DNA of 64,000 nucleotides from an uncultured Eubacteriales bacterium. Lineage in GTDB: Bacteria; Bacillota; Clostridia; Oscillospirales; Acutalibacteraceae. The DNA lies in the NCBI GenBank assembly GCA_964425185.1, contig CAYRKX010000002.1:8791-72790 (forward strand), given 5' to 3'. Below the pieces are notes generated by a model. It saw only the letters and a program-made list of their open reading frames with translations. It was not told where the DNA came from and searched no databases. Below are positions 1 to 9,073 of the stretch, one piece after another. Positions within the stretch are counted from its first letter, which is position 1; every line of letters begins with the position of its first letter. The position numbers and the translations under genes were made by a program.

Positions 1-1372
1 GGGTATCTTCCAGGATAATTCCCTGTGCCTTAAGCTCGTCGCGGATAGCATCTGCGGTAGCGAAATCTTTCTCCGCTCTTGCCTTGTTGCGCTCCTCAAT
101 CTTGTGCTCAATATCGAGGTCCAGAGTCTCTTTCTTTCGATTGTAGACAAGACCGAGAACATCGGTCAGCTCATCAAACTCTTCTGTAGCGAATTTAACG
201 AGACCTTCTGAGGCGTTGCCGTTGAGGACATTCGTATTAATGTCACGGACGAGGTCGAAAATAGCAGCCAGTGCATCGGCGGTATTCAGGTCGTCATCCA
301 TGGCGTCGTTGAACTCACCACGGTGGGCGTCAAGCTTCTTCTTCAGCTCGAAGTCAACCGGGCGGTCCTCTACTTCAGCATTTTCCAAGGCGAAGTCCAG
401 ACCGTCGCGGCAGGTATACAGCCGTTTGAGGGCTGCCTGGCACTGCTTAATAATATCAACGCTGTAGTTAATGGGAGAACGGTAATGCGAGGAGATCATC
501 AAGAAACGGATCGGCTCGTAGCCGTATTCCTTCGCTACATCGCGCACTGTAAAGAAGTTACCGAGGGACTTGGACATCTTAACGTTGTCGACATTGATGT
601 AACCGTTGTGCATCCAGTAGTTGGCAAACGGGGCGTCATTGGCGCACTCGCTCTGGGCAATCTCATTTTCGTGGTGCGGGAAGATGAGGTCCTGGCCGCC
701 GCAGTGGAGGTCCAGGGTATCTCCGAAATACTTATGGTTCATTGCGGAACACTCAATATGCCAGCCGGGACGTCCAGGTCCCCACGGGGAGTCCCAGGCA
801 GGTTCGCCGGGCTTGGAAGCCTTCCAAATGGCGAAGTCCATGGGGTCATGTTTCAGCTCGCCAATGTTAATGCGGGCACCGGCCTCCAGGTCGTCCAGCG
901 GCTGATGAGACAGCTTGCCATATTCTGGGTCAGTATTGGTGGCGAAATAGACGTCGCCGTTCTCTACAACATAGGCATGTCCCTTGTCGATAAGCTTCTG
1001 GACCATGCTGATAATTTCATCCATGGTCTCGGTCGCTCTCGGCTGAATATCTGCGGGACGGATATTCAGGCCCTCTGCATCAATGAAGTATTCTTTAATA
1101 TATTTCTCAGAGACGGTCTTGTAGTCTGTGCCGTCTTCGTTGGCTTTTTTGATGATCTTGTCATCAATGTCCGTAAAGTTCTGGACAAATGTGACCTTAT
1201 TTCCACGATACTCGAGGTAACGGCGCAGAGTATCAAACACACACATAGGACGGGCATTGCCGATATGGATGTAATTGTAAACCGTTGGGCCGCAGCAGTA
1301 AATCTTGTACTCGCCGGGAGTAATGGGAATCATTTCCTCTTTTTTGCGGGTCAGCGTGTTGAAGACTTTCAT
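1..1372 (-). CDS. cysS: cysteine--tRNA ligase (C-terminus cut by window edge)
   Basis: Not in the ORF track because it runs off the edge. Minus-strand translation from ATG 1372 gives MKVFNTLTRKKEEMIPITPGEYKIYCCGPTVYNYIHIGNARP, with the class-I HIGN signature. ATGA start/stop overlap with cysE. The 323..1519 + ORF is its antisense shadow. Confidence 0.9.
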   Translation of the reverse strand, partial: MKVFNTLTRKKEEMIPITPGEYKIYCCGPTVYNYIHIGNARPMCVFDTLRRYLEYRGNKVTFVQNFTDIDDKIIKKANEDGTDYKTVSEKYIKEYFIDAEGLNIRPADIQPRATETMDEIISMVQKLIDKGHAYVVENGDVYFATNTDPEYGKLSHQPLDDLEAGARINIGELKHDPMDFAIWKASKPGEPAWDSPWGPGRPGWHIECSAMNHKYFGDTLDLHCGGQDLIFPHHENEIAQSECANDAPFANYWMHNGYINVDNVKMSKSLGNFFTVRDVAKEYGYEPIRFLMISSHYRSPINYSVDIIKQCQAALKRLYTCRDGLDFALENAEVEDRPVDFELKKKLDAHRGEFNDAMDDDLNTADALAAIFDLVRDINTNVLNGNASEGLVKFATEEFDELTDVLGLVYNRKKETLDLDIEHKIEERNKARAEKDFATADAIRDELKAQGIILEDT

Positions 1373-2052
1373 TTTGCCTCTCCTTCACCTTTTAATCTTT
1401 CCAGTTCCACCCGAAGAGATGTAATCTGCTTCTGGAGATTGTTGAGCTCGGTCATGACCGGATCCGGAATATCGATCTGGTCGAGATCATCGACTAAGTC
1501 AACTTTCTTACCATACTGACGGACCACCTGAGCGGGTACGCCAACAGCTGTACTGTCATGGGGCACATCATCCAAAACGACCGCGCCCGAGGCAATTTTG
1601 CAGTTGTCACCTATATGAAGCGGCCCCAGCACCTTCGCGCCGGATCCTACCATAACATTGTTGCCGAGAGTAGGATGCCGCTTTCCCTTGTCTTTTCCGG
1701 TACCACCGAGTGTTACCCCCTGGTAGAGCAGAACATCGTCACCAATTTCTGTCGTCTCGCCGACCACAACACCGTGTCCGTGGTCAATAAAAAACCGACG
1801 TCCAATTTTGGCTCCGGGGTGGATTTCTATTCCTGTTGTCCTCGCCGCGTGCTGTGAAATGGCCCTCGCCGTAATAAACATCTTGTGCTCATAAGCCGCA
1901 TGGGCGATTCGGTATTCCCAGATAGCATGGAGCCCGGGATATAGCAGCAGGACTTCGAGTGTCGAACGTGCCGCAGGGTCTCTGCGTTTACACGTCTCAA
2001 TATCTTCTTTCGCACGTTCCAGAATCGTGCGGAACTTACTCATAGTCACCAC
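1369..2052 (-). CDS. cysE: serine O-acetyltransferase
   Basis: 227 aa; hexapeptide-repeat acetyltransferase with the typical CysE core (GIEIHPGAKIGRRFFIDHGHGVVVGETTEIGDDV). Translationally coupled to cysS. Confidence 0.92.
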   Translation of the reverse strand: MVTMSKFRTILERAKEDIETCKRRDPAARSTLEVLLLYPGLHAIWEYRIAHAAYEHKMFITARAISQHAARTTGIEIHPGAKIGRRFFIDHGHGVVVGETTEIGDDVLLYQGVTLGGTGKDKGKRHPTLGNNVMVGSGAKVLGPLHIGDNCKIASGAVVLDDVPHDSTAVGVPAQVVRQYGKKVDLVDDLDQIDIPDPVMTELNNLQKQITSLRVELERLKGEGEAK

Positions 2053-2092
2053 AACTTTCCGTAACCCATAGTCAAAAAATTATGATAACAGT

Positions 2093-2680
2093 TTATTTGG
2101 AAAAGTCAATGACCTTGGCGCCCTCGACGACATAGGTCACACCGGAGATGAGCGTCAGTGCCGCACAGATCCACAGAAGGATCTCGGAGATGAGGGGAAG
2201 CGGGAATCCCATGGGAATGACATTGAAGTCCTGCTGAAGAGACAGGGCAAACATGATCAGACAGGTAAAGACCATCATACTCATAGTCTTGGCCTTGCCC
2301 CAGATGTTAGCGGGAATAACTACGCCCTGAGAAGAGGCAACCAGGCGGATGGAACTTACCAGGAATTCCCGGAACAGAATAATAAAGACAATCCATACGT
2401 TGCAGTAACCGTTTACCATCAGTCCGAGGAATGCCGCTGTGGTCAGCATCTTGTCTGCCAGCGGGTCGGTAAACTTGCCGAAGTTCGTGACAATGTCCCG
2501 CTCCCGGGCAATCTTGCCGTCAAGGAAATCCGTAACCGCTGCCGCCAGATAAATAATCAGCGCAATGAGGTAGTGTGCGGGAATGGAATTCACAGTAAAG
2601 AAGACCAGGAAGATCGGGGTCAGAATGATCCTCGCGATGGTCAGCTTATTCGGGGTATTCATAGCAATTTTCTGGCTCAT
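2093..2680 (-). CDS. pgsA: CDP-diacylglycerol--glycerol-3-phosphate 3-phosphatidyltransferase
   Basis: 195 aa membrane protein with the CDP-alcohol phosphatidyltransferase motif DFLDGKIAR...G...D..ADK. SD AGGAG upstream. Confidence 0.9.
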   Translation of the reverse strand: MSQKIAMNTPNKLTIARIILTPIFLVFFTVNSIPAHYLIALIIYLAAAVTDFLDGKIARERDIVTNFGKFTDPLADKMLTTAAFLGLMVNGYCNVWIVFIILFREFLVSSIRLVASSQGVVIPANIWGKAKTMSMMVFTCLIMFALSLQQDFNVIPMGFPLPLISEILLWICAALTLISGVTYVVEGAKVIDFSK

Positions 2681-2703
2681 GATTGTTCTCCTATTCTTCG
2701 AAT

Positions 2704-4065
2704 TTATTCGAAGCTCTCACCTTTTAAGTCATACTCTTCGACACCAAAGATGTCGACTTTCACGAAGTCTCCCGTGTTGATGGGATTTTCACTCGTAAAC
2801 AGGACCGAGCCGTCTATTTCTGGAACGTTTCGATAAGACCGTCCGGTAAAGACATCTCCATACTTATTATACCCGTCCACAATGACTTCCATAGTCTTTC
2901 CAATGCATTCGCGGTTCTTTTCTTCGGCAATGTCGTGCTGCATCTGCATAATCAGTTCCTGGCGGTGGTTCTTTACGTCATCGTCCACCTGGTCTTCCAT
3001 CTCGGCTGCTACAGTTCCCTCTTCCGGAGAGAAGGCAAAACATCCCAGGTTGTCAAACCGCATGTCCCGGACAAACTCTGCAAGATTTTCAAACTCTTCA
3101 TCTGTCTCTCCCGGGAACCCGGTCATGACCGTGGTCCGAATACAGCAGTCCGGAATCCGTTCCCGAATTTTGCGGATGAGCGCTTCAAAATGTTCCCGGT
3201 CTCCAACACGGTGCATCCGCTTTAAGACATTACCGTCGGCGTGCTGCAACGGAATATCGAAATAGTCACAGACTTTCGGCTCTGTCGCCATGACATCCAG
3301 GAGCTCGTCGGTAATCCGCTCCGGATAGCAGTACAGGAAACGAATCCAGTGAATTTTTTCAATTTTACTCAGCTGCCGCAGAAGCTCCGGCAGCTTCAGT
3401 TCGCCGTACAGGTCCTGACCGTACAGAGAGGTATCCTGCGCAATCAGGATAATTTCCTTTACGCCCTGACTGGCCAGTGCCTTCGCCTCAGCAACAATGC
3501 TCTCGATAGGCCGGCTGCGGAACCGTCCACGAATTTCCGGAATGGCACAGAAGGCACAGGCGTTGGAACATCCCTCCCCTATTTTAATGTATGCATAATA
3601 GTTCGGGGTGGTTAAGATCCGTTTTCCTTCCAGCGGCAGTTCTTCTTTGTCCGGGAACTCCATAACCTTTTCTCCGGCAAGAACCCGGTCCATAATGTCA
3701 ACAATATCTGCATCTCCGCCGAGACCGACAACGGCGTCAACCTCCGGCATTTCCTCCATAATCTGCTTCTGATAGCGTTCTGAGAGACATCCGGTGACAA
3801 CAAGCTTTCCGACCTCGCCGTCCTGCTTATAGCCTGCCACGTCGAGAATGTTCTCAATGGCCTCCGCTTTTGCCGCTTCAATAAAGCCGCAGGTGTTGAC
3901 AATAACGGCGTCACAGCCGCCGACGTCGTCCTGGATGGCGTACCCGGCTTCCGCAAGCTTGTCCAGCATGAGTTCTGCGTCGACCTGGTTCTTGGGACAT
4001 CCCAGTGAGATCATCCCGATCTTCTTCGGCTCGGGCGATTTAGTCTTTTTTCGTTTTCCAAACAT
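2704..4065 (-). CDS. rimO: ribosomal protein S12 methylthiotransferase (MiaB-family radical SAM with TRAM domain)
   Basis: N-terminus ISLGCPKNQVDAELM, radical-SAM CSNACAFC motif, C-terminal TRAM. Start moved to ATG 4065 (MFGKRKK), which has GGAGGA 7 nt upstream. The track start 4158 has no SD. Confidence 0.8.
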   Translation of the reverse strand: MFGKRKKTKSPEPKKIGMISLGCPKNQVDAELMLDKLAEAGYAIQDDVGGCDAVIVNTCGFIEAAKAEAIENILDVAGYKQDGEVGKLVVTGCLSERYQKQIMEEMPEVDAVVGLGGDADIVDIMDRVLAGEKVMEFPDKEELPLEGKRILTTPNYYAYIKIGEGCSNACAFCAIPEIRGRFRSRPIESIVAEAKALASQGVKEIILIAQDTSLYGQDLYGELKLPELLRQLSKIEKIHWIRFLYCYPERITDELLDVMATEPKVCDYFDIPLQHADGNVLKRMHRVGDREHFEALIRKIRERIPDCCIRTTVMTGFPGETDEEFENLAEFVRDMRFDNLGCFAFSPEEGTVAAEMEDQVDDDVKNHRQELIMQMQHDIAEEKNRECIGKTMEVIVDGYNKYGDVFTGRSYRNVPEIDGSVLFTSENPINTGDFVKVDIFGVEEYDLKGESFE

Positions 4066-4210
4066 ACCGGTATCCTCCGTGTGAAAGAAACTTTGGAAAG
4101 TATTATACAGCAATACCGGCAAAATGGAAAAGCGGCCGCGCCGGAAGGTGCAAAACACCCGGCCAGCACGACCGAACTTGTCTTATATGAGTGAATAGAA
4201 TTACCAGAGT

Positions 4211-4936
4211 TTAAAGGCGGAGAAGCTTCTTTGCGTTGTTGTAAAAAACATCTTCCTGCTCTTTTTCTGTCAGGCCGGAGTATTTGACCTTGTCAATTTC
4301 GACCTGCGGGGCGTGGAACGGAGAGTCAATGCCGAACATAACCCGGTCACTGCCGACAGTCTTATAAGCCTCATAAATTTTACTCGGCATGGGCATTCCG
4401 CTCATTTCCAGGTAAAGATTGGGCAGACGGCGGGCCATCTTAATGGAAGCATCAACATACACACCATGGCCGTGACCCATATGCAGCATCGTAACTCGAA
4501 CATCCGGGTAGCGCTCTGCTAACAGAGCAATCTGCCATGGCAGAGAATATGGTGGATGTCCGCAGTGGATAAAGACCGGAAGATCATGCTCCTGGGCATA
4601 GTCCATAACCGGATAAACTATGGGGTCGTCGGCAACAAAAGCGTCAAACAGAGGCTGCATTTTGATTCCGGCAAACCCTTCGTCCAGAATATAATGGTCC
4701 AGCTTTTCCTTGACGTTGTCCTGCGCCGGGTTCATCCAGACCATGGGAACAATCTTGTCCGGATGGTGGTGGAACGCCTTGGCCAGTTCTTCATTGGTCT
4801 GGTAAGAAGAGGCTGTCAGAAATGTCTTTTCAATATCAAACTCGTCCATCTGCTCCAGAAGACGGGTCTCGTCAAAGTTTACGCCGGCCCAGCCCCCGAA
4901 AGCGCCAATATGAGAATGTGCATCGATTTTTTTCAT
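4211..4936 (-). CDS. amidohydrolase-2 family metal-dependent hydrolase (TIM barrel)
   Basis: 241 aa; MKKIDAHSHIG N-terminal HxH metal motif, internal HCGHP and HMGHGHG, C-terminal FGIDSPF. Substrate unknown. Confidence 0.7.
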   Translation of the reverse strand: MKKIDAHSHIGAFGGWAGVNFDETRLLEQMDEFDIEKTFLTASSYQTNEELAKAFHHHPDKIVPMVWMNPAQDNVKEKLDHYILDEGFAGIKMQPLFDAFVADDPIVYPVMDYAQEHDLPVFIHCGHPPYSLPWQIALLAERYPDVRVTMLHMGHGHGVYVDASIKMARRLPNLYLEMSGMPMPSKIYEAYKTVGSDRVMFGIDSPFHAPQVEIDKVKYSGLTEKEQEDVFYNNAKKLLRL

Positions 4937-5040
4937 GGGATTGATTCCTCCTGTGGTTTGGTCTCATTGTACCGTATCTCGTGTCACCGAAAAATACACA
5001 AAGTTATTGTTTTTTTAGTGGTCAGCTGCATTTGGGCATA

Positions 5041-5080
5041 AAAATACCCTGTCGGTGGTCGGCCGACAGGGTTGTTTTCT
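5041..5080. terminator. bidirectional intrinsic terminator
   Basis: CCCTGTCGG/CCGACAGGG stem flanked by AAAATA on the left and TTGTTTTCTTT on the right. Confidence 0.5.
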
Positions 5081-5104
5081 TTCCGTTTGGTTCGATAGGG
5101 GAAA

Positions 5105-5195
5105 GAATAGGAGAAATAATAAAATGAAAAAGAAAGGAATGCTAAAAGAATAGTGGTTCCTTTAACAGTTACTACTATAGAGGATATCCACGGAA
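5105..5195 (+). repeat. micro-ORF unit copy A (frame-broken)
   Basis: SD AGGAG 5109-5113 and ATG 5124; reads MKKKGMLKE then stop. The +1 frame continues SGSFNSYYYRGYP, homologous to copy B. Confidence 0.5.
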
Positions 5196-5336
5196 AGTTC
5201 ATGACATCTCAATAGACAAATTATGAACTTTTTTCGATTGTTTTTTACAGACAACGAAGAACCGCCATCCGGGAAGGAAGATCCGGTATGGCGGTGTTCG
5301 TTCTCTAGTGTGTTTCTAGTTAAAGGAGAAAATGAA

Positions 5337-5411
5337 ATGAAAAAGAAAAAGGGGGAATTTGCTTTCGGGATTTCTCCCTTCAGCGATTCTTACTATAGGA
5401 CGGTTCCCTAA
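5337..5411 (+). CDS. 24-aa micro-ORF (unit copy B), MKKKKGEFAFGISPFSDSYYRTVP
   Basis: SD AAAGGAG 5322-5328, 8 nt before ATG 5337. A paralogous unit lies 213 nt upstream. Below the ORF-track size cutoff as an independent start. Confidence 0.3.
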   Translation: MKKKKGEFAFGISPFSDSYYRTVP

Positions 5412-5480
5412 ATACAAAATAAATAAATTGAGAACAATCTATGAAGTTGGAAAAGTTTTTGGTAAGCCCCTGCCCTGAGT

Positions 5481-6290
5481 TTATCCTCTTCTCTTCTCTG
5501 GGATTCCAGATTCCCGGGAAATCCATTTCATAATGACATTCACGATATAGTCCTGTTCCTGTTCTGTCAGTGGTTTGCCGGCAGGAATGTGATGCCACTT
5601 CTCCAGGCACTCCCGGCAGCAGGTTGCGGTGGCATGCTGGGCTTTGAAGACTGGATGTCCTTTCATGGGAGTCTGCCTGCCATCGTTGGTGGGATTTTCC
5701 ACAGCCAGTCTCATGCGAATAAAGTTTTCTGCATGACTGCGAATAGTCGGCATCCCCTTTTTCTGTACATAGTCCAGCTCTTCGGAATTCAGATGAAATC
5801 TGCTGCGAAAATTAGACCGCGCCAGACGGCTGAACAGCTGCTCTTCTGTGGGCAGGCGGTACGGAATACGGTCAGCGCAGCCAGATTTTGGGACATAGCT
5901 CAGCCAGGATTTTCGAGCCTGGGCAAGCTGTGTCTCCAGCTTGGGAATTTTATATGTCTTCCCTGCCCGGGAGAAAGTGGAGCCGGTGGAAATAAAGTCA
6001 AACACAATGCCCGTGCGAATGCATTGGACTCTCACGTGACGGATCCACTCGTATTTGCAGAGTTCTCCATCTGGTTCCGAGTCTCCGCCACACAGTACTT
6101 TTTCAACGCCATTGGGTTTTCCAAGATACTGCTGAATATCCACGTCTTCCCGCAGCGGGAGCAGACGCAGTTCCCGGGTCACCTGAATGCCTTCGGCCCG
6201 TTCCTGATTGTCACAGTCCTGTAAATACCGCGGCAGTTTTTCATTGACCTCTTTTTGTGTATGGCAGAGACAGAATGCAGTTTTCTCCAT
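5481..6290 (-). CDS. fusion protein: C-terminal half of a DUF5131 (phage Gp37/Gp68)-like domain plus DUF4186-like domain
   Basis: 269 aa; N-terminal part has VLCGGDSEPDGELCKYEWIRHVRVQCIRTGIVFDF, resembling the IVGGESG...W.R..RDQC..GVPFFFKQ end of DUF5131. The C-terminal ~120 aa has CCRECLEKWH, recalled as DUF4186-type. SD GAGGAG 8 nt before the ATG. Confidence 0.55.
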   Translation of the reverse strand: MEKTAFCLCHTQKEVNEKLPRYLQDCDNQERAEGIQVTRELRLLPLREDVDIQQYLGKPNGVEKVLCGGDSEPDGELCKYEWIRHVRVQCIRTGIVFDFISTGSTFSRAGKTYKIPKLETQLAQARKSWLSYVPKSGCADRIPYRLPTEEQLFSRLARSNFRSRFHLNSEELDYVQKKGMPTIRSHAENFIRMRLAVENPTNDGRQTPMKGHPVFKAQHATATCCRECLEKWHHIPAGKPLTEQEQDYIVNVIMKWISRESGIPEKRRG

Positions 6291-6351
6291 GGATGGTCTC
6301 CTCTTTTAGAGCTCTCTTTTCCGGGCGTTATGGGAAAAGAAGCGAAGAATT

Positions 6352-6386
6352 AAGAATAAAGAAGGCACGCGGTTTGTCGCGTGCCC
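6352..6386 (-). terminator. intrinsic terminator after recX
   Basis: GGCACGCG/CGCGTGCC stem; T-run on the minus strand (plus-strand AATAAAGAA). Confidence 0.6.
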
Positions 6387-6467
6387 ATTTTAGTTGTATT
6401 CACTGTCAAATATTGTATTAGCACTTATAGTATGAGTAGTATGAGCGCCTATTAACGCTCTTTCGGT

Positions 6468-7175
6468 TCAGCGGTCTTCCTGGATGACGCGGGTTATTTC
6501 CGAGTACGTATACCCGAGGCGCTGGAGAGCCTGAATAGTCCGTCGGCGGTCCCGCTCATCTGAGAGGTCCCGACTGCGGTACTTGGTCTGCAGAAGCTCT
6601 CGTATAGCCTCGTCTGGGTCCGGGTTCAGGTCTTCAACAACGCTGTCAGCAAGTTCCCGGGAGACTCCCTTCTGCTGCAGAGCAGTCTTCAGCCCGCGGG
6701 CACTGAGATGTTTAGTCCGAAGCTTTTCCTCCGCAAACATCCTTGCAAAGCGTTCGTCGCTCAGCAGGCCCTGTTCTTCCAGCTTGTCACAGACCTCATT
6801 CGCCCGCTGCCGGAGCTTAGCATAGTTTGTTTTCTGGGCATCCAGAATAATGTCGCTGAAACTGGCGTCTGTTACACCGAAGTCTCGGATGTCCCGGTTG
6901 GGACGCTTTTTCCGAGCCGCTTTCTGAACCAGTTTGTCTGCCAGCTCTTTGCGGGAATACTCCCTCTGAGTCAGAAGGTCCAAAGCCTTTTCATACATGC
7001 GCCCCTTGGCAGCCATGTCTAAGATTTCCGAGAGCTGCTCCTTGTCGATTTCGCTCTTGTCTGGCAGACCGAGAGAGTACCAGCGTGTTTTGTCAGTTGT
7101 GGCTATATACTGCCCATTGACCAGCAGATGGATTTTTTCTCCGCGTCCAGGCTGGGCAGTCAAAATAACACTCAT
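6468..7175 (-). CDS. recX: recombination regulator RecX
   Basis: 235 aa; helical-repeat protein immediately downstream of recA, with the typical position and size. Confidence 0.8.
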   Translation of the reverse strand: MSVILTAQPGRGEKIHLLVNGQYIATTDKTRWYSLGLPDKSEIDKEQLSEILDMAAKGRMYEKALDLLTQREYSRKELADKLVQKAARKKRPNRDIRDFGVTDASFSDIILDAQKTNYAKLRQRANEVCDKLEEQGLLSDERFARMFAEEKLRTKHLSARGLKTALQQKGVSRELADSVVEDLNPDPDEAIRELLQTKYRSRDLSDERDRRRTIQALQRLGYTYSEITRVIQEDR

Positions 7176-7195
7176 AAAGAACCACTTACCTGTTC

Positions 7196-8371
7196 TTATT
7201 CGTCGTCGTCAACGGTAATGTCCAGCTGAGCTTTTGCTGCCGCTGTAGAGGTAGCTTTCCGCTTAGCGGCGGGCTTGCTCTTTTCGTCAGCTTCTTTGGC
7301 CTCTTCCGCAGTAGCGTGCATATTTCCACCGCGGTAGGATGCCTTGGCCTTAGACTTTTCTGTCAGCTCTTTCTCCTGCTCCTTGATTTGCTTCTCAAGG
7401 TCGTCCATGAAGTCCGGATGCTCCAGGATATAATTTTTGACATTGTCACGTCCCTGGCCAAGCCGTTCTTCCTTATAGGAGAACCAGGAGCCGCTTTTCT
7501 GGATGATTCCGAGCTCAACAGCGGCATCCAGAATTTCGCCTTCTTTGGCAATGCCGCGGCCGTACATAATGTCGAATTCTGCGGTTTTAAACGGCGGGGC
7601 CACCTTATTCTTAACCACTTTGGCGCGGGTCCGGTTACCAATAAACTCGTTCTTGCTGTTTTTCAGCTGTTCCGCTCTGCGGACATCAATACGCATGGAA
7701 GCGTAAAACTTCAGTGCACGACCGCCGGTCGTAACCTCCGGGTTGCCGTAGACAACGCCGACTTTTTCACGCAACTGGTTAATAAATATAATAATACAAT
7801 TTGATTTAGAAACAGCACCGGCCAGTTTTCGAAGGGCCTGGGACATGAGTCTTGCATGCAGGCCGACATGAGAGTCTCCCATGTCTCCCTCAATTTCCGC
7901 CTTGGGAACCAGAGCGGCAACCGAGTCGACTACCAAAATGTCGATGGCACCAGAGCGAACCAGCTGTTCTGCAATTTCCAGTGCCTGCTCGCCGTTATCC
8001 GGCTGAGAGACGAGAAGAGAGTCTACATCTACACCGAGGTTTCCGGCATATTCCGGGTCCAGAGCATGCTCGGCGTCAATGAATGCCGCCTCACCGCCAA
8101 TTTTCTGGGCCTCAGCAATAGCGTGAAGAGCCAGAGTCGTTTTACCAGAAGACTCCGGTCCATAGATTTCAATGATTCTTCCGCGGGGGTATCCGCCAAT
8201 GCCCGTCGCCATATCCAGAGTCAGAGAGCCGGTGGAGATAGCCTCCACCTGCATAGCCTTACTGTCGCCAAGGCGCATAACTGCGCCCTTTCCGTACTGT
8301 CTCTCAATCTGGGCGATTGCGGTGTCAAGTGCTTTCTTTTTCTTGTCTACAGCCAAATTCGATTCCTCCAT
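7196..8371 (-). CDS. recA: recombinase RecA
   Basis: Unmistakable RecA sequence ([13 protein letters not shown] Walker [17 protein letters not shown]). About 40-aa K/A/E-rich extension before the acidic DDDE end. An alternative TTG start at 8356 has better SD spacing. Confidence 0.97.
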   Translation of the reverse strand: MEESNLAVDKKKKALDTAIAQIERQYGKGAVMRLGDSKAMQVEAISTGSLTLDMATGIGGYPRGRIIEIYGPESSGKTTLALHAIAEAQKIGGEAAFIDAEHALDPEYAGNLGVDVDSLLVSQPDNGEQALEIAEQLVRSGAIDILVVDSVAALVPKAEIEGDMGDSHVGLHARLMSQALRKLAGAVSKSNCIIIFINQLREKVGVVYGNPEVTTGGRALKFYASMRIDVRRAEQLKNSKNEFIGNRTRAKVVKNKVAPPFKTAEFDIMYGRGIAKEGEILDAAVELGIIQKSGSWFSYKEERLGQGRDNVKNYILEHPDFMDDLEKQIKEQEKELTEKSKAKASYRGGNMHATAEEAKEADEKSKPAAKRKATSTAAAKAQLDITVDDDE

Positions 8372-8423
8372 TGTCAGCGTCAGAAGATATTTTTCTCTTT
8401 TTCACAGGAATACGAAAGTCTGA

Positions 8424-8479
8424 CGCACAAATGTTCGCTTCTTCTCTCACATTATATCTAATGCCCCTGTAAAAATCAA
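8424..8479 (-). promoter_or_regulatory. recA promoter with LexA (Cheo-type) box
   Basis: Minus strand reads TTGATT (8479-8474), 17 nt, TATAAT (8456-8451), then CGAACATTTGTGCG (8437-8424). The box has one mismatch to CGAAC-N4-GTTCG. Confidence 0.55.
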
Positions 8480-8579
8480 TATGAAAAGTATTTACTGTCC
8501 CGTTGATAGGACTGTACTGTCTCCCTTCTCTTTCCCCTCCCTTTATGTCTAAAAAATCCTTACAACAGGGAAAAAGTTC

Positions 8580-8608
8580 TTGCATTTCACTTTGGGAGAT
8601 GATAATAT
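8580..8608 (+). promoter_or_regulatory. candidate sigma-A promoter of rpmB
   Basis: TTGCAT, 17 nt, TAATAT; 60 nt before the rpmB ATG. Confidence 0.45.
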
Positions 8609-8667
8609 ATAGCCGTTGCATTTGAGACGGGTCAATTCTCCCCGTTGTTAAAAGGAGGTGCCGACAC

Positions 8668-8853
8668 ATGGCAAAATGCGCATATTGCGGCAAGGAAGTC
8701 AAATTTGGAAACAAAGTTTCCCATTCCCACAGACGTTCCAACAGAGCCTGGAAACCGAACCTCATGAGAGTTAAAGTCGTAGAGAACGGAACTCCAAAGA
8801 GAGTTTATGTTTGCTCACGTTGTCTGCGTTCCGGTAAGGTTAACCGCGCGTAA
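8668..8853 (+). CDS. rpmB: 50S ribosomal protein L28
   Basis: 61 aa; MAKCAYCGKEVKFGNKVSHSHRRSNRAWKPNL is classic L28. SD AAGGAGG upstream. Confidence 0.95.
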   Translation: MAKCAYCGKEVKFGNKVSHSHRRSNRAWKPNLMRVKVVENGTPKRVYVCSRCLRSGKVNRA

Positions 8854-8879
8854 ACAAGCACTCTCCTGAATTTGTATAT

Positions 8880-8906
8880 AAGAAGCTGCTTTACAGCTTC
8901 TTTTTA
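8880..8906 (+). terminator. intrinsic terminator after rpmB
   Basis: GAAGCTG/CAGCTTC stem followed by TTTTT. Confidence 0.6.
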
Positions 8907-8913
8907 TACACAT

Positions 8914-8987
8914 AGCGGAATTGTGTAATGGTAGCACGACAGACTCTGACTCTGTTTGTAGGGGTTCGAATCCCTTTTCCGCTGCCA
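8914..8987 (+). tRNA. tRNA-Gln (anticodon CUG)
   Basis: Hand-folded cloverleaf: acceptor AGCGGAA/TTCCGCT, D-stem GTGT/GCAC, anticodon stem ACAGA/TCTGT with loop CTCTGAC, T-arm AGGGG-TTCGAAT-CCCTT, discriminator G, encoded CCA. Confidence 0.9.
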
Positions 8988-8990
8988 GAT

Positions 8991-9025
8991 AAAAGCTCCA
9001 CCAGAAGGTGGAGCTTTTCTTTTTG
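8991..9025. terminator. bidirectional intrinsic terminator (tRNA-Gln / esterase gene)
   Basis: 12-bp perfect stem AAAAGCTCCACC/GGTGGAGCTTTT with an AGAA loop; T-runs on both strands. Confidence 0.75.
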
Positions 9026-9073
9026 CTTTTTAATGTAGGGCTGGTTATGGGAACTTCCTGCCTTCAGATTCGC

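Noticed and set aside
323-1519. 398-aa plus-strand ORF across the start of the window.
   Set aside because: It is the antisense shadow of cysS, whose minus-strand translation is unmistakable. It has no SD and a low-complexity composition.
2053-2092. Expected T-box leader upstream of cysE-cysS.
   Set aside because: Only 40 nt separate cysE from pgsA, which is too short for a T-box. The genes are more likely co-transcribed with rimO-pgsA.
4984-5202. 72-aa minus-strand ORF in the 4.94-5.48 kb spacer.
   Set aside because: It has a low-complexity F/S/Y-rich translation and no SD, and it runs through the bidirectional terminator. The plus-strand micro-ORF units explain the region better.
8325-8765. 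146-aa minus-strand ORF spanning the recA-rpmB intergenic region.
   Set aside because: It overlaps the recA 5' end, both promoters and rpmB on the opposite strand, and has no SD. The region is explained by promoter and LexA-box elements.
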